Shown here: positions 1 to 14,300 of the stretch, piece after piece
Numbering within the stretch: the first letter of the stretch is position 1
How the letters are laid out: each line of letters starts with the position of its first letter
Source: the human T2T-CHM13v2.0 reference genome, Homo sapiens
Direction: 5' to 3' (one strand)
Assembly: GCF_009914755.1 (NCBI RefSeq)
Contig: NC_060937.1
Length of the DNA stretch: 64,000 nt
Translations under genes and position numbers: made by a program
The notes under the pieces: model-generated
Databases searched by the model: none
What the model was told of the DNA's origin: nothing
The model's input: only the letters and a program-made list of their open reading frames with translations

Positions 1-1206
1 GGCCCCCTCTGGACTTTGGGTACCAATAAGTGCAGGAGGGAGGCTGGGGGAGCTGAAGGCAGCTCAGCGCAGGCCTGCAGGCATCCCTCAGCATGAACAG
101 CCTGGGTGCTGTGGACAGCATGTTGATGGCAGAGGCAGAGATTCCTGGGCAGAAAGGGGTGGATCCCTGGTGAAATCCCACCTTCTGGCCAGGGACGGCC
201 TGAATCTTGGGCTGCCAGTTGCAGGTGGAGTGTGGGCCTGGAGTGAGAACCTACGGTGCTTTTTCTGGGCCCATCCATGGCCACCCATGGACCAATCATC
301 ACATACTTACTCCCTTCTGAGCCCATAAAAACCTCTGGACTCAGCCAGACTCACACAGATGTCAGGACTACCAGCGGTGGGAAGGAGCTACCCACTTCAG
401 TTCTCCTCGACTTGTTGGGAAAACCTAACTGTGATAAAGAGCTATGCACTGCAGGCTTCCTATTTGCTGAGAGCTGGACACTTGTTGGGACAACCTGCCT
501 GCATAAAGGAACTACCCACTTCAGGTCTCCTGAGAGCTGTTCTGTTACTCAGTGAAGCTCCTCTCTGCCTTGCTCACCCTCCAGTTATCCACATACCCCA
601 TTCTTCCTGGATTCAGGCCAAGAACTTGAGACCCACTGAGTGGCAGGACTGAAAGAGGTGTAACACAAATAGGGCTGAAACACATCCCCTGCTTGCCAGG
701 TTGTGAGCCTCTAGAAGGAGGGAAGAGCTGTGGTCCTTTGCGGAGCCCAGACCTAGGGACTCCCTGAGTCAGGGCTGTGACACTCACTTTGGGCTCTGCG
801 GTTTCTGGCATCTCTAGGCTTCCTGGCACCACCTTGCTCCCCTCTTCCAGATATGGGTGTCTGCAGCAGAAGCTGCATGCAGTACATCTGGTCCAGCTGT
901 AGCCTCATATGGAGCTGGCACCTGTGCCAGTGCCTGCAGCTGCCTGCCCCGCTGCAGCAGCCAAATGTGCCTGGCAGTGTGCAGTGGTTGGACCCTGCGC
1001 TGGCTCGACCATACACCCCTCGCTGCTGTAGGCCTGGCTTGCCCTTGGCAGTTGTGGGATCTGGGCTGATAGTGTAAGCGGAGCGCAGCCTACTGGGCTG
1101 AGTGGGCGGAATGAGCCCAGCAGGCACAAGCAATACTCAAGCAGAAGGCACCGCTGGCCACAGAAGTTTCTGGCCGGTGAAGCAACACCCCAAAGATCCT
1201 GCGACA
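1..1206 (+). mobile_element. ERV1-class LTR, MER52/LTR1 group (5' end outside the window)
   Basis: GC-rich block with the characteristic 'gcccataaaaacctctggactcagccagactc' and repeated 'gagctacccact' units; ends '...gcaacaccccaaagatcctgcgaca' (CA terminus at 1206). Confidence 0.8.
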
Positions 1207-2220
1207 GCATCTGCTTGGAAGTTTCTCTAGAACTATTTTCATAATCACTGTTTTTATTCTTGGCTGGATCTAATCTACTGAAAAGCCTATCAAACACATT
1301 GTTTATTTCTGTTACTTTGTTTTTGTTTTTAAAAATTTCTGGTAATTCTTTCTTATGCTTTCTTACATTTCCCATCTTTTCTTCTTACATTACCCACCTG
1401 TTTTGGTATATCCTTTATATTAGAAGGCATACAAAATTTTCCATATAGTAGATTTTCCAGCTACTTTTTCCTTTAGAGCCTGAAACATATTAATCATAGT
1501 TCTGATGAAATCTTGGTCATTTAGTGGGCCTGTGTCTCCGGGCTGTGGCATTCACAAATATTTATTCAGTGATATAGCTGTTTTTTCTTTTTAACCTCCT
1601 GCTCTTTTCTCTATTCAGTGACAACAGCAACCTGATCTACTTTCTTCAAGCCCTGACTCGCACTAATTTTGCTCCCCGCTACGCAATAGCAGACAGTGGA
1701 AGGCTGGAGGGAGCTGATGTGGAAGCAATGCCCTAAGCTGGTCTAAAGTTCTGGAAAAGTCTTTCTCTGTAAAGGTTTTTGTTCTTGTTGTTGTTTTAAT
1801 GGTCTTTGGGTGTATTTCACAGTGATTACTATATCCCCTCTCAGACAGAGCCATGAGGGGTTGTCTTCTCCGTGGAAATCTGATCATGTTCCTGGAGAGA
1901 AAGCCTGTGAAAGCTTGAGGGATCCCACTAAGACTGTGGCCCACACAGAGTTTCTGACTCTCATGCTAGTTCTTACTTGTCCTCTAGTAATTTATCAAAA
2001 TTTACCATGTAAGAGTTCATACTAGCTTTTGGCTCCAGATATGCAGATCTTGACTGTGTCTCTCTTGATGTGGCTGCCTTTCCAGATTTGAGGATGGTGG
2101 TTTGCCTCACAACATCAGTTCTCCATGTGGTCTAAGAAAACCCATCGATTTTCAGTTTATCCAGCTTTCTCTTTTTATAAGGATTTGAGTGTAGACAGTA
2201 AGGTCTTTATATAATAGAAG
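1207..2220 (-). mobile_element. Ancient L1 (L1M-type) 5'UTR and ORF1 fragment
   Basis: Minus ORF 905..1375 contains 'EIFKNKNKVTEINNVFDRLFSRLDPAK', resembling the L1 ORF1 coiled coil; 2085-2220 resembles old L1M 5' ends. Confidence 0.6.
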
Positions 2221-2856
2221 TTGTCCTGCCAATAGTTTTTGGATCCATCTACATTCGGATTCTTTCTGTTGTTTAATCTGGTTATTCTTCTTTCTACTAC
2301 ATGTTTTTGCACTTGCTTTACTCTGTCTCAAATGCTCTCCATTCCAGTCTTCAACTAGATAGCACTTCCTTCCAAACTGAAATAATGTTTACCAGGAGAG
2401 TTCTTCACTATAACTCTAACGTTGCTACCACCACACTGTACCTAGACATATACAACTGATGCTGTTATTTCTATTCACATATCTTACTATTTCTTGTTTA
2501 CTTGTATTTGCAATTTTAACTGAAACTATGTAGTTCAATTAATATATGTTATTGCAAAGAGTCTCTTAGCTCCAGTAAAGGAAAATAAATATCTGTTCTT
2601 GTTCATTGGTGTATATATAACTGTTTTTTCGAAAGATAGCCATTATTTCCATTTAAGGATTAAAAAAATGGATACAGAGAGAATGAGATAAAATAAATGT
2701 ATGTCTTTATTATTGACATTTCTATTATTATAATATCTCGTTAAAATAAGTAAAATTAGCAACAATTGCCTGCTAAGAGCAGTAGCTTCTTTTGGAAAGT
2801 GGTAATACTGGCCTAATGTTTATTTTAGGGAAGATGAAAATAGAAAATATTCTAAA

Positions 2857-3099
2857 GCTCCATTTCCCACAATTCTGAATATGTCGTAACTTCCATTTGA
2901 GTTTTGTATTACAGTGATACTGATAAGATATTTTAAGTGATAAATTATGGGTCCAAATTTAGCTTACACTGAAAATATCAGTATCACTATCATTTATATT
3001 ACATTTAAAATGTCTTATTAGTATCACTATCACTATAAGTGTTCAGTGTATCACTTAAATGAAAGTTACTACATATTTGGAATTTTGGGGAAATGGAGC
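2857..3099. repeat. Imperfect palindrome / MITE-like element, family not recognised
   Basis: 2857-2898 matches the reverse complement of 3057-3099 at about 37/43; inner arms 2913-2940 and 3001-3028 also pair; repeated AGTGATA/TATCACT motif. Confidence 0.75.
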
Positions 3100-3688
3100 A
3101 ACAGAACAGAACATTCAATATCTTATTTAATTTTAAAATACATAAAGTGCGTCTGTGTGTATCTGTATATGTATATATGTATGAACTTGTGAAAGTGCAG
3201 TCAATCCTCAGTGTCACACACCTGCACGCCACATACACACACCCATGCAGTGTCACAAAAACAGTGACTGCACCCTCACATGTTCTCACAGCATGATGGC
3301 ATGAGGTTATGTTCCTATTTATCCAAACAGTCCCTGCTTATACGTGCATTTGTCACCACATAGTTGTTATTAAAATATCGATACTATCAAGTCATTTAGT
3401 TGGAAAGATTATCATGTGGAAGGCAAAATCCATTTGTATTATGCTTTTATGTACCCTTCCTATGAAGGTATTTACTCCCTGTATTATCTATTTAAATGAA
3501 CAAATATTATAAACTAACAAATATAAATAAAAAATGCAGAGGAAAAAGCTTGCATATTTCAATATGCCTTGAAATCTTACCTTCCATCTAAACATGCTAA
3601 AATGTTAGACAAGATCCAGGGGTGAGGAAAAGCAAGGTTTTTCCTGCTGAAGTGTGCACTAGCAATGGTAAAAGAGTTTGAGAGGAGA

Positions 3689-3998
<310 letters not shown>

Positions 3999-6923
3999 CT
4001 AAAGAAGACCAAATATGAAGAGGGGAGTCCTGTTATACTCATTGCTTTCAATATAAAAAGCAGTCTTTAATGGTACAGATAAATATGTAGAATTGCTTGT
4101 TAGCTAAAACTGTCTTGAGTTGTTTATTTCTCTGATAATCTATTTTAATAACTGGCAATTTTTATAACTGTTAATATATTACTATAAATCAACCACAGTA
4201 TTATTACTATATTTCTACTTGAAAAATAATACTTGAACGTTAACCATTAAAATAGGACAGTTTGTAAATCTCACGTTTTTCTGGCCTTGGACAAACACTA
4301 CTGAATTATTGAGAATGAATTGCCCACTGCAGCTTGGAATAATCAGGGAAGACTTCTCACCGATAAAGGATCTGAAGTATGAACAGAAACAATACAAGCA
4401 GAGAGGAGTGCATTCTCCGGTGTCTGGAAAGGTAATATATAAGGCATGTCGGTTGATCTGCATCTGGGAGAGTTCACGGGGAGTATGCAGGACTTCCATT
4501 GGGAAAAATGTGAATACTCATAAAAATATGACGTTAAGCCTGTTTGCGGGAGTTGAAAGACACATTAGAGGAACATTTATCTTACAGGAAGTACTAAACC
4601 TTTGGAGGTATTTGAGCAAGTGGGTGCCAACATGTACAGCAAACAAAAAACATGTTTGCCCTGGAAGATAACTTTCTTTGATATTTAGAGGAAAGAATAC
4701 TGGCCCCAAGAATATCTCAATCCGTAATACTATGATAATTGATCTGAAAAACTGAACACATGAAATCTTCCTTGCAAACTGTTTGACTGCTGTTTCTCAC
4801 ACAAGCCTGTTCTCCCTCTCCATATGTATTATGTTTTAATTATTTGGTTAATTACATGTATTTGGTTATACATGTTCAGCTGTTCTTAATTTTCTTTCAC
4901 AAATCTCTATTTGGATATGTCAAATACCTACTAGATCCAGCGAGGACTCTGGATTTTATTAATGTTACTGCCTTTATCATTCTGACCCTTTAACACTTTC
5001 ACACTCACACATAAGAACTGTCATGGTTTTATTCCTCCCCCTTTGTATTTCTTATTCTCCAAAATGAATTCCCATTTCCTTCTCTCTACTTTCATTAGCA
5101 ACTAATGTACCAAATCTTTTCTGTAATCACAAGTCAGCATGGTGAATGTTTATTTTCAGAACCCATAACTACACCACATTGCTTTTTTTAGCTTTCCAGA
5201 ATTGCACTGTGACTATGATACCTTTACAATAGCAATTTCACAGCTTTTACGATAAACATTATTATATTTCTCACTTTGACCATTTAAAACAAGGTTGTTT
5301 GGTGAAAAATACACTCAGCTGAAGGTTTTCAATCTGAACAGTGTATGACTTTGAATTGCAAAAATGCATTATGTAAATTATCTATTATTTTTATGCCATC
5401 ACCAGCCCAAGAGCATGTAATAGAGTAAAAAAGTCTTTGGTGTATACTGTTTATAACTTTTCTTACTTTTGGCTACTAAGAGATTGGGAGAAAAACTTTC
5501 TATTTGTGATGATTTATAAGCATCTTAAAATTGGTATTTAAATAGATGAATTATTTACTGAAATAGTAGGTTTTAATTAAAGCTGCATAATGAGTAATGT
5601 TACAGCACAGTACAAAAATTTGTCTTACAAGATTAAATTATTAACTTGTTTTATAAACCTTACATGATTTATGCAATGCTAATTAAAGTGTAATGAAGTA
5701 ATGTCATCAACACATGACTAACGCTTCTCATTTCAAAAACTACTTATGCAAGTTTTGTTTCTTAAAATGGAATTTGTAATTTATTTTTCTGTAGTACTTA
5801 CATAGTGTGTACTCATTAGGATTTAATGAAAAACATTTACATGTGATTTAAACATTGCTTTTTATTAAAATTATATTTCAACTCTGAATCAGTTTGAACT
5901 GTGGCTATTTTTTTCCATACATGTCTTCAATAAGAGATCATCTTTTTGATTTTCCAGAGAATCAGTTCACATCTGCTTATATAAAAATTGCATTCTTTAT
6001 AGATATCTAATTATTGCTAATCTACTGTGCTTGAGGGAAAGGAAGCTGTATTAAGCTAGCTGACATGAAATTCAAGAACACTGAACCAAAACTTAAAAAG
6101 TGGAGGGAAAAAAAAGCAAAAATGCTGATGACTGAGGAATAAAATATAAAGCATCTAATCCTTCCAAATGTTGTAAGTAGTTTTATTATCTTTGTTCATT
6201 TTGTCTTTGTTGACCAACATTGAATTATAATTACCTTAATGCTCCAAAAAATAATAACAACAAACTTCCAGAGGAAGTAAATATTGCCATTACAATTTCC
6301 TTCTAAGATACTGATAAGCATCCTTAAAACTCATAAATTTTATCAGTCTTTCAGAAAAGAAAAAAAAATGATGGAATTGGCTTTTAATTCTGATGAGTTC
6401 TAATATAGTTCACTCCTGTTAAATACTCATAAAAGTATTTAATCTAGGAAAGATCAAATAAACATTTAGGCACATTTCTTTCTGATTTGGCATATGATTT
6501 GAAATGGAATCTTTGTATTCCATAGAAGTATTAATTAGTTAAAGAAACATTATTTCCTAAAGGATGTCTCATGAAAAAGATCCAAAAGTTGCTTTTTAAA
6601 ACAAGGTTCACAGATCAAACATCTTGAGAAAAAAAATATGTTCCATTATCCACTAAGAGAGTCACAGTCAGCTTAAAATACAAAAAAAGGATTTGGAAAA
6701 AAATTTTTAACTCTAAAGTTTTCAAATGTTTTTCACCATGGACTCTAATTTTTATGAAGGAACTCAAACATCTTAAGCATTGTTCCTCTTATGGCACCCT
6801 GCTTTGTGGCCATTGTGTCTAAGGATGTGTGGTAATATAAGTGATGATAATAGATAAAAGTACTTTATTATACATACGGGAAAGAAAAGATTGCCAAAAG
6901 GAAAAGTGAATTGTTTAAGTTTA

Positions 6924-7295
<372 letters not shown>

Positions 7296-7565
7296 TTACT
7301 GGTTTATAATGGTAATGAAAATTACCATACGTCTTTCACTTTTGTTTACTCAATTGTTATTTTGAGGATGTATATTATTAATAAATACGTACTCAGACAT
7401 GATCCTGATACAGTCTGTAAATTTCTAAAACATCTTAAACAAAAATAAAAATAATGATATGACTTTGATAAAATATTTTTAAAGATAACTTGATCAGTCT
7501 CTTTTTAATCTTTGTTTCAGAATTAATATGGTATAATGTTACCAGCTTAATTCCAATGATGAAAT

Positions 7566-8016
7566 TGAAACCAGACCAATTGTCCCAAAGAACTGATATT
7601 TTTAGTCTTTTTAAATAAATATAGAACTTGAACCTCCTATCTTAATGCTTGAAACTTATATTTGTCTTATCTGAGTCCCTTCCTCAGGAAACCACTCTCA
7701 GTCTTCCCAAATAGTATCAAGGGACTGAAACTCACCAGATCACCACATTCAGACACTGGGAAGACACCCCTTTATCTTTCATGGTTTCCTTTCCCCTCCC
7801 TAGTACCTGTTTACCTGCATGTAGTTACATTCCTTCCTGGCTACATAAACCCCCAGTTTTGGTTGGCCAAAGAGATGGATTTGAGACTGATTCCTGTTCT
7901 CCTCACTGCAGCACCCAAGTAAAGCCTTCTTCCCTGGCAATATTTGCTGTCTCAGTAATTGGCTTTCTGTGCAGTGAGTAGCAGTACCTAGACCATACAC
8001 TGGTGTTTTGATAACA
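7566..8016 (+). mobile_element. ERV1-class solo LTR (MER4 group; MER66/MER83-like, subfamily uncertain)
   Basis: TG...CA termini (tgaaacc...ataaca), 'gaaactcaccagatcacc', 'gagatggatttgagactga', 'taaagccttcttccctggcaa'. Confidence 0.75.
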
Positions 8017-8047
8017 GAATCTGCATTTTAAATGGTTAGTAAACGTG

Positions 8048-8182
8048 TAATTTTCATTTTCTTCATGTGATACCAGAGGTTTAAGTAGTTTTCAATAATT
8101 TAAGCATTTATTACATAGGCAATTCAACCACGTGAGCAAATAGCTCATTCATATATAAACACTTTCTAAAATGTGATCTTAG
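8048..8182 (+). repeat. Copy 1 of a ~135 bp local direct duplication
   Basis: '...taccagaggtttaagtagttttcaataatttaagc...ttacataggcaattcaaccac...agctcattca...actttctaaaatgt..tcttag' recurs at 9198-9650. Confidence 0.9.
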
Positions 8183-9197
8183 CATTAAATCTTAGTGATT
8201 TAATGGATAGACCTATTGCCTTGGATTGAAACATCTAGAGTGTACAGAGAACTATTTCTTTTTCATACCAGGTCTAGGCAAGGCTTGAAAATATAAAGCA
8301 TGTTATAATGTATCCTCTGACATCAAGGAGTTTAGAAGAGATTCAGTGAAAATCCATTAATGCTATTGAGTTGCATGTGGCTGTAACAAGTAAGTGAATG
8401 GCATAAACATGCAACTGAACTACATTGATGATCACTATACTTTGATTAGATTACACTAAATGGAATAACTAATCTCCCTTTGGAGTGAGATATATAATAT
8501 TAGTATTTTAATTGTATCCCTAAATTTTGAAAATTGAGCCAAATGAGAAGTAATATTTATCAGTCTTGAGATACTTGATTTTTTGGCAGAATATCAAGAT
8601 TCAGATCCTTTCTTACCCCAGTTTTTACTTTATGATTGAGGGTTGGCTTGTTGACATTTTTGTGCCTCCACTATTCTCATCAATACCAATTTGGATAAAC
8701 ATACCCTGCCTAACCATTTTGCTAACATTCCTATTAAAAGTGTTACTCAGTATATGTTAACATACATAACCATAGCTTTATTTTATGAAATTCACAGTTC
8801 AGTATACCTTTTATAGGAAAACCTAGTTTAATAATTAAATATAATAATAATACCCTTCAGTTTTTTGAATGATGCAATCCATTATAAAAAATGAATTGAA
8901 AGTAATATTAAAAGGAGATTTTCAATAGAAAAGTCATTATTTAAACATGCTTATAAATTTTGACTCCTTTATATTTTTTAATTTGTGAATTTGTAAAGTT
9001 TAAGAAATGATTAAAATTATGAAAATTTAGGTTGTGTACCTTGAATCACAATAAATATAAACTAATGTTTAAAAAATGGCCATCATAGCAACCATACCAA
9101 AATATGTATTTTAAATGGTTGAATTTTTTTTCAGAATAATACATCTATAAATGGTGTACATAGTAACATTTAAAAAAATAATTGTTTGCTGTTTGTC

Positions 9198-9650
9198 TAA
9201 TTTTTATTTTCTTCATCTAATACCAGTGGTTTAAGTAGTTTTCAATAATTTAAGCTTTTATTACATAGGCAATTCAACCACATGAGCAAACAGCTCATTC
9301 ACATATAGGAACTTTTTTTTTTTTTTTTTGAGACAGAATCTCACTCAGCCGCCCAGGCTGGAGTGCTGTGTGCAGTGGCGCCATCTCGGCTCACTGCAAA
9401 TACCGTCTCCCGGGTTCAAGCGCTTCTCCCATCTCAGCTTCCCGAGTAGCTGGGATTAGAGGTACCCGCCATCATGCCCTTCTAATTTTTGTATTTTAGT
9501 AGAGATGGGGTTTCACCGTGTTGGCCAGGCTGGTCTTGAACTCCTGACATCAGGTGATCTGCCCACCTAGGCCTCCCAAAGTGCTAGGATTACAGGCATG
9601 AGCCACCGCGCCCAGCCCACATATAGGAACTTTCTAAAATGTAATCTTAG
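9198..9650 (+). repeat. Copy 2 of the ~135 bp duplication, split by an Alu
   Basis: Same sequence as 8048-8182, with an Alu at 9313-9617 inserted inside it. Confidence 0.9.
9313..9617 (-). mobile_element. Alu (AluSx-like)
   Basis: Poly-T at 9313-9329, full dimer, perfect TSD cacatataggaacttt at 9300-9315 and 9618-9633. Confidence 0.95.
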
Positions 9651-10161
9651 TCTTTTTTTCTTTATATGTGTTCCTTACAATGTAGTTTTCATCAAGTATA
9701 CAATGTATTTTTTACCCTATTTTAGAAAATAATTTTTCCACTAATACGTTGTAAAACTTTAACAATATGTCAGAACAAAATGAAATATAAATAAATACAA
9801 AATCCATACCTATTAGTTTATCTTAATTGCAATGACAACTGATTAGCCACACTTGAAATCCTGGGAATCACTCTAAAGATATTCTTTTTCTTTGCTTTGC
9901 ACAATAAGGTGTATAATTCTACCCTACAAATAGAGAACCTTACATTCAAGTAGGAAATGCATTAACAAATAATTGAAATACATTCTCTTAAGTTCTATAT
10001 CAAAATATGTGTGTGTGTATATGTGTGCTTTTGTGTACATAAGCACATATGCATGTATATATAAGACTACACCACACATGTAAGGGCAGTTATACACAAT
10101 GGTTGACATAAAGATACAATCATAAACAAAGGTGAAAATGATCAATTATAAATGGAACTGT

Positions 10162-10326
10162 GGCTGGTTCAGTGGCTCATACCTGTAATCCTAGCATTTT
10201 GGGTGTCTGAGGTGGGAGGATACATTGAGCCCCAGAGGTAGGGGCTGCAGTGAGCTGTGGTCCCACTGCACTCCAACCTGGGCCACAGAGTGAGACCTTG
10301 TCTCAAAACAAACAAACAAAAACAAA
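10162..10326 (+). mobile_element. Free Alu monomer (FRAM/FAM-like)
   Basis: Single right-arm-type monomer with (AAAC)n tail. Confidence 0.8.
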
Positions 10327-10371
10327 TGCTTGGAATGATGAAATAGGATGCTTTATTTAGGTAAATATATA

Positions 10372-10603
10372 CAGTTGACCCTTGAACACTGGTCTGAACT
10401 GTGCATGTCAACTTATATGTGAATTTTTTTTCGACTAAACACAGACTGAAAATGTGTTCGCCAGATGAAAAACTTACATATGCTGAGGGCCAACTTTTCA
10501 CATATTGGGTTCTCACAGGGCTGACTGAGGGACTTGAGTACATGTGGATCTTGCTAAATTTGGGAGGTCCTGGAACCAATACCCCATATATATCTAGGGA
10601 TTA
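10372..10603 (+). mobile_element. MER8 (TcMar-Tigger non-autonomous DNA transposon)
   Basis: TA then 'cagttgacccttgaaca', internal 'gagggccaacttttc', 'gggacttgagta', 'ggtcctggaaccaat'. Confidence 0.8.
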
Positions 10604-10699
10604 ATTTACTATGACTAGCAGAAGGGCTAACAATAGGCTACTGAGTTTGAGATAATAGGAAGGAAAAAGTCGCATTGATCTTTCAAAGAAGTATGAGAT

Positions 10700-11050
10700 G
10701 CAGAGCTACTGAAGAGTTAAAATAATTTAATCTTACGCTTCTATAAGATTTTTAAAACGTTATTATTAGAGAGTTTAGGGCAGGTTACAAGGAGTGTCTT
10801 ATAGGGGCAAGAAGACAATTTAAGAGAGATCTTTGCAGTAGCCCAAGTAGGAAAAGATGGATTTAAGCAGTAATTGTGGTCACTCAGAACTGGCAACAAA
10901 TGTGAGAACTAGGAGACATCACTGACAGAATACAGCATCAGATGAAACGTGGAGTTTGAGAAAGAGGCAGGTCGTGTTTAACATTAACATTATTTTCATG
11001 TTGCTATTAATAAAAACAAAAATTATAGAAGCATAATGAGATGGTAATGG
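10700..11050 (-). mobile_element. L2 fragment (degenerate)
   Basis: 'ttgcagtagcccaagtaggaaaagatgg' resembles antisense L2; boundaries approximate. Confidence 0.4.
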
Positions 11051-11114
11051 GGGAAACCTAAGTACATATTTTTATTAGATTTGAGAAGCTGTATCAGTGT
11101 AAGTGTAAAATACA

Positions 11115-11345
11115 GGGCTTAGTAAAACAGACGTCAGCTTGAATAACAAAAATTAATGAACCTTCCTCTGTGTCATGTTGGGTATGTTACTTAATTTCTC
11201 TGGCCCAAGTTTCATTCATTGTATAATGGGACAATAATATTACCTATTGGTTAGTTGGTTGTGAGAATTAAATATTACAGAATAAAAAAGGTAATGTTTA
11301 AAATGGCACCAGGCCCATGGGAAACATTGATTAATGTTGAAAATT
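11115..11345 (+). mobile_element. MIR SINE
   Basis: Core 'tgtgtcatgttgggtatgttacttaatttctctggcccaagtttcattcattgtataatggg...gttgtgagaattaaat'. Confidence 0.7.
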
Positions 11346-14300
11346 ATTACTATCTGTTAAAAGTAAATCCCAACAACTACCTCATTAGGTGGTTGGGTAT
11401 ATATATATATACAAGATAATGTTTTAAAGCTGTCACACAGCCTGACAAGTGTTATGTGCTCTTTTTTTTACAAACAGTAGCTGTAGTTATTATAGGCGTC
11501 AAGATATCTACATGGAAACAGAGTTGACATGTCTGTATGAAGTCTTTAAAAAGATCCATGATAGAAATACAGATTAAAATTCTGTAGGTAGTTGTTAGAG
11601 GAAAGAGTGCCTAGATTATATCACTTGGTGAAAAGAAAAAGGGCAAATCAAAGGGTAGAATCTTGAATAAACACCAAAAGGTTAAAAGAAAGATAGAGTA
11701 AATATATTTGGTGAAGATAACTGCCTATAAGCAAATTAGTATTCTATATACATGGTATGTTACATACAATGTACTGTGGGGTCTGGGGCATACTTCTGCA
11801 GTAGATATAGGACTGGACACACTCTTCATGTAGTAGGGAAAGACAATTCATGTCATTCACACTCGTTCGTATGATTACGTTTGTCACAAATACAATTTCA
11901 GAGCTTTTTAAATTTTAAAATTGTGGAAAAGAAATTGAAATGCTGATATTCAGATAGGATTGCCAAACATGGTAGGAAAATAGCATATAAAATTTGCCTA
12001 CTTATAAGTCAACTTAAACGGCTTTCATGGTACCTGAAAAATAGGTCAAGACTAAGGCAAAGAGTGTGAATACCAGAAAACTTGGACAGAGGAAACTATA
12101 TGGAAGAAAGAAGAAATAGGACAATGGTAGCTGAAATTGTGAGTAGAAATGAAGACTGAGTTTTGTTTAAAAAAGCAAAACACAGAGCAGTAACAGAGAG
12201 GTGCCAGAGACTAAGTTTATAAATAATGGTTAATAAAAATAGCTAAAAATATAACCCTACAACCCCTATTCCAGATAAAAGAGAAAAAATTAAACACAGG
12301 GTTGTTAAAAGGAGCATAGGAAAGAATATAAAAGAATTTATCTATTCTTTATTTTCAATCACATAATCCTAACAATCCTGTAGTTAGTTTGAAAGCCAGA
12401 ACTTTTTTTTTTAAAGATCTATCAGTTGGAAATGTCCATATTCAAAATATACAAAGTAAGACTTTCATAATCTTTGATTTTGTAATAGCCTAAGAATGGT
12501 TCAGTGTGTGTTTACTTTCAGGGAAAGAAGTGGGGAGTGTAACTGAAATTTTACTTCATTTAATCCTTGGTTCCAAATAGTCATTTGGTTGCCAAGAAAA
12601 TGAGCTCATTTTTCTTCCTCATGACTTTGTGTTTGCTCTCCTTTACTCTGTGAACATTTTAATAATAGGAACCTTGTTGATCTGGGTTTTTTCTAATAAG
12701 CATTTTAGGTGCATATTTTGCCTGCATCAGTGGAATAAATTTTAAGAAAAAATTTTGAGCTGATTAGAAGAAGAAAATAATTTATAAGGATCTCTCAAAG
12801 CTGTATTTGGACTTCTGGAAAGTCCTTCTTTGTGGGGAGTATAATGGTTTATATACGTCTTCATTTTTTAATTTATTTTACATGAAGTAGTTGCCACATA
12901 CAATTATAGTTGCAAATAATTCTCTTAACACTCTATTAAGTCAAGTAATATGAGTAAACAAAAGTGATTCACAGGATTTCACTTTGTTTTATAGAAATCA
13001 TGGCCATTTCAAACAATGACGTAGAAATTTATTATAAATTTTGGAAAAATATTTGGGGCTTAGGTGAGAGTAATAATGATGTGTCCAAGATTTAGGTCCA
13101 TGCTATCTTAGGGAACACAAGAATGATAGAAATGCTTTACTTAGTATTCTGGTGCATATATCCTAATACTCTTTCCCCCAACTTTGAAATTATTTTCTAA
13201 TGCACTGTACTTACTATATTTAACTTTGTTATTCAGTGTATCTTCTACTTGTGAAATATTGTGAGTTTGTATGCATAACGATCTCTTAATTTTTTAAGAT
13301 TAATGAAATGATAATAGTTAAGAAAGATTTCTTTGGGTGTTCAATTTATTTTTAGTGCAAGTTTTGAAGTTATGCACATTGTGTGGGAAAGGTCCCACTG
13401 ATTGCTTTTCTGAAGGAAATTTTGTGGCAATACAATTTAGGTATTAATATTGCATATTACTGAATGAAATCCTGGATGAATATATACCTGCATTGATTGT
13501 CATGAGAAGTATTAGAAATAATCGTCACCACCCAATGAAGGTTTTTGTTTTCAAAATTCTTCACAGTTTCCTGAATGGATCTTTATATTCTCAGAATATG
13601 ACCACTAGAATTAGTTGCATGGAACAACAAACATTATGAAAAGCCTAACCGTCACACCATTTACAAAGCAAACATGAAAATGATGTGAGATATGTCAACG
13701 TACAAAGCACAGATGGTGACTGAGTGCCAACATTTTAAGTGATCCTTTTCAGTTGATCATGCATAATTTAATATGTCAGTCATTTAAGGCTCAATAGGAA
13801 ACAGCAAACTTGTGGGAAGTAATTCAAAACAAACCTCTTGGAGCCAATATTAACAATAAGCAAACTACAACACAGCAGGCAAAAACTATTATTGGATGAC
13901 TTTCCTGCATTTGGCTTTCCATTTGAAAATTCTGTATTACTCTTTTCCTATTCCAAAGTGACCCAGAATTCAAAGAATGTAATGTAGTTTTTATTCATTT
14001 TGATGAAAGTTAGCTTCTTGACATTAAAGTATTTTTGTAGTAGCCAAATGCAGATATAAATGGAAGAAACATTAAAAATATGATGATTTTCCTACATATG
14101 TAAACCTTTATTGATGAAAATATTAATAGATGTGTATAAAGTGAAAACTTAGAAAACCTGTAGATATAATTAAGCATTTCTTTGTTGATAACTGTTACTA
14201 CATTTTTAGTTTCAAGTAATGTTATTCAGTAATGTTATTCAAATGATTTTAGAGTTAAGTGAGATGTGGACAGTGTAGTAAACTTAGCTGTTCTTTAAAT

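Noticed and set aside
88-1133. Cluster of overlapping 66-126 aa ORFs
   Set aside because: All lie inside a GC-rich LTR where stops are scarce; no recognisable protein motif.
4309-4671. 120 aa ORF with an internal donor-like site (gaaag|gtaata at ~4431)
   Set aside because: Non-ATG start, no recognisable domain and no convincing partner exons.
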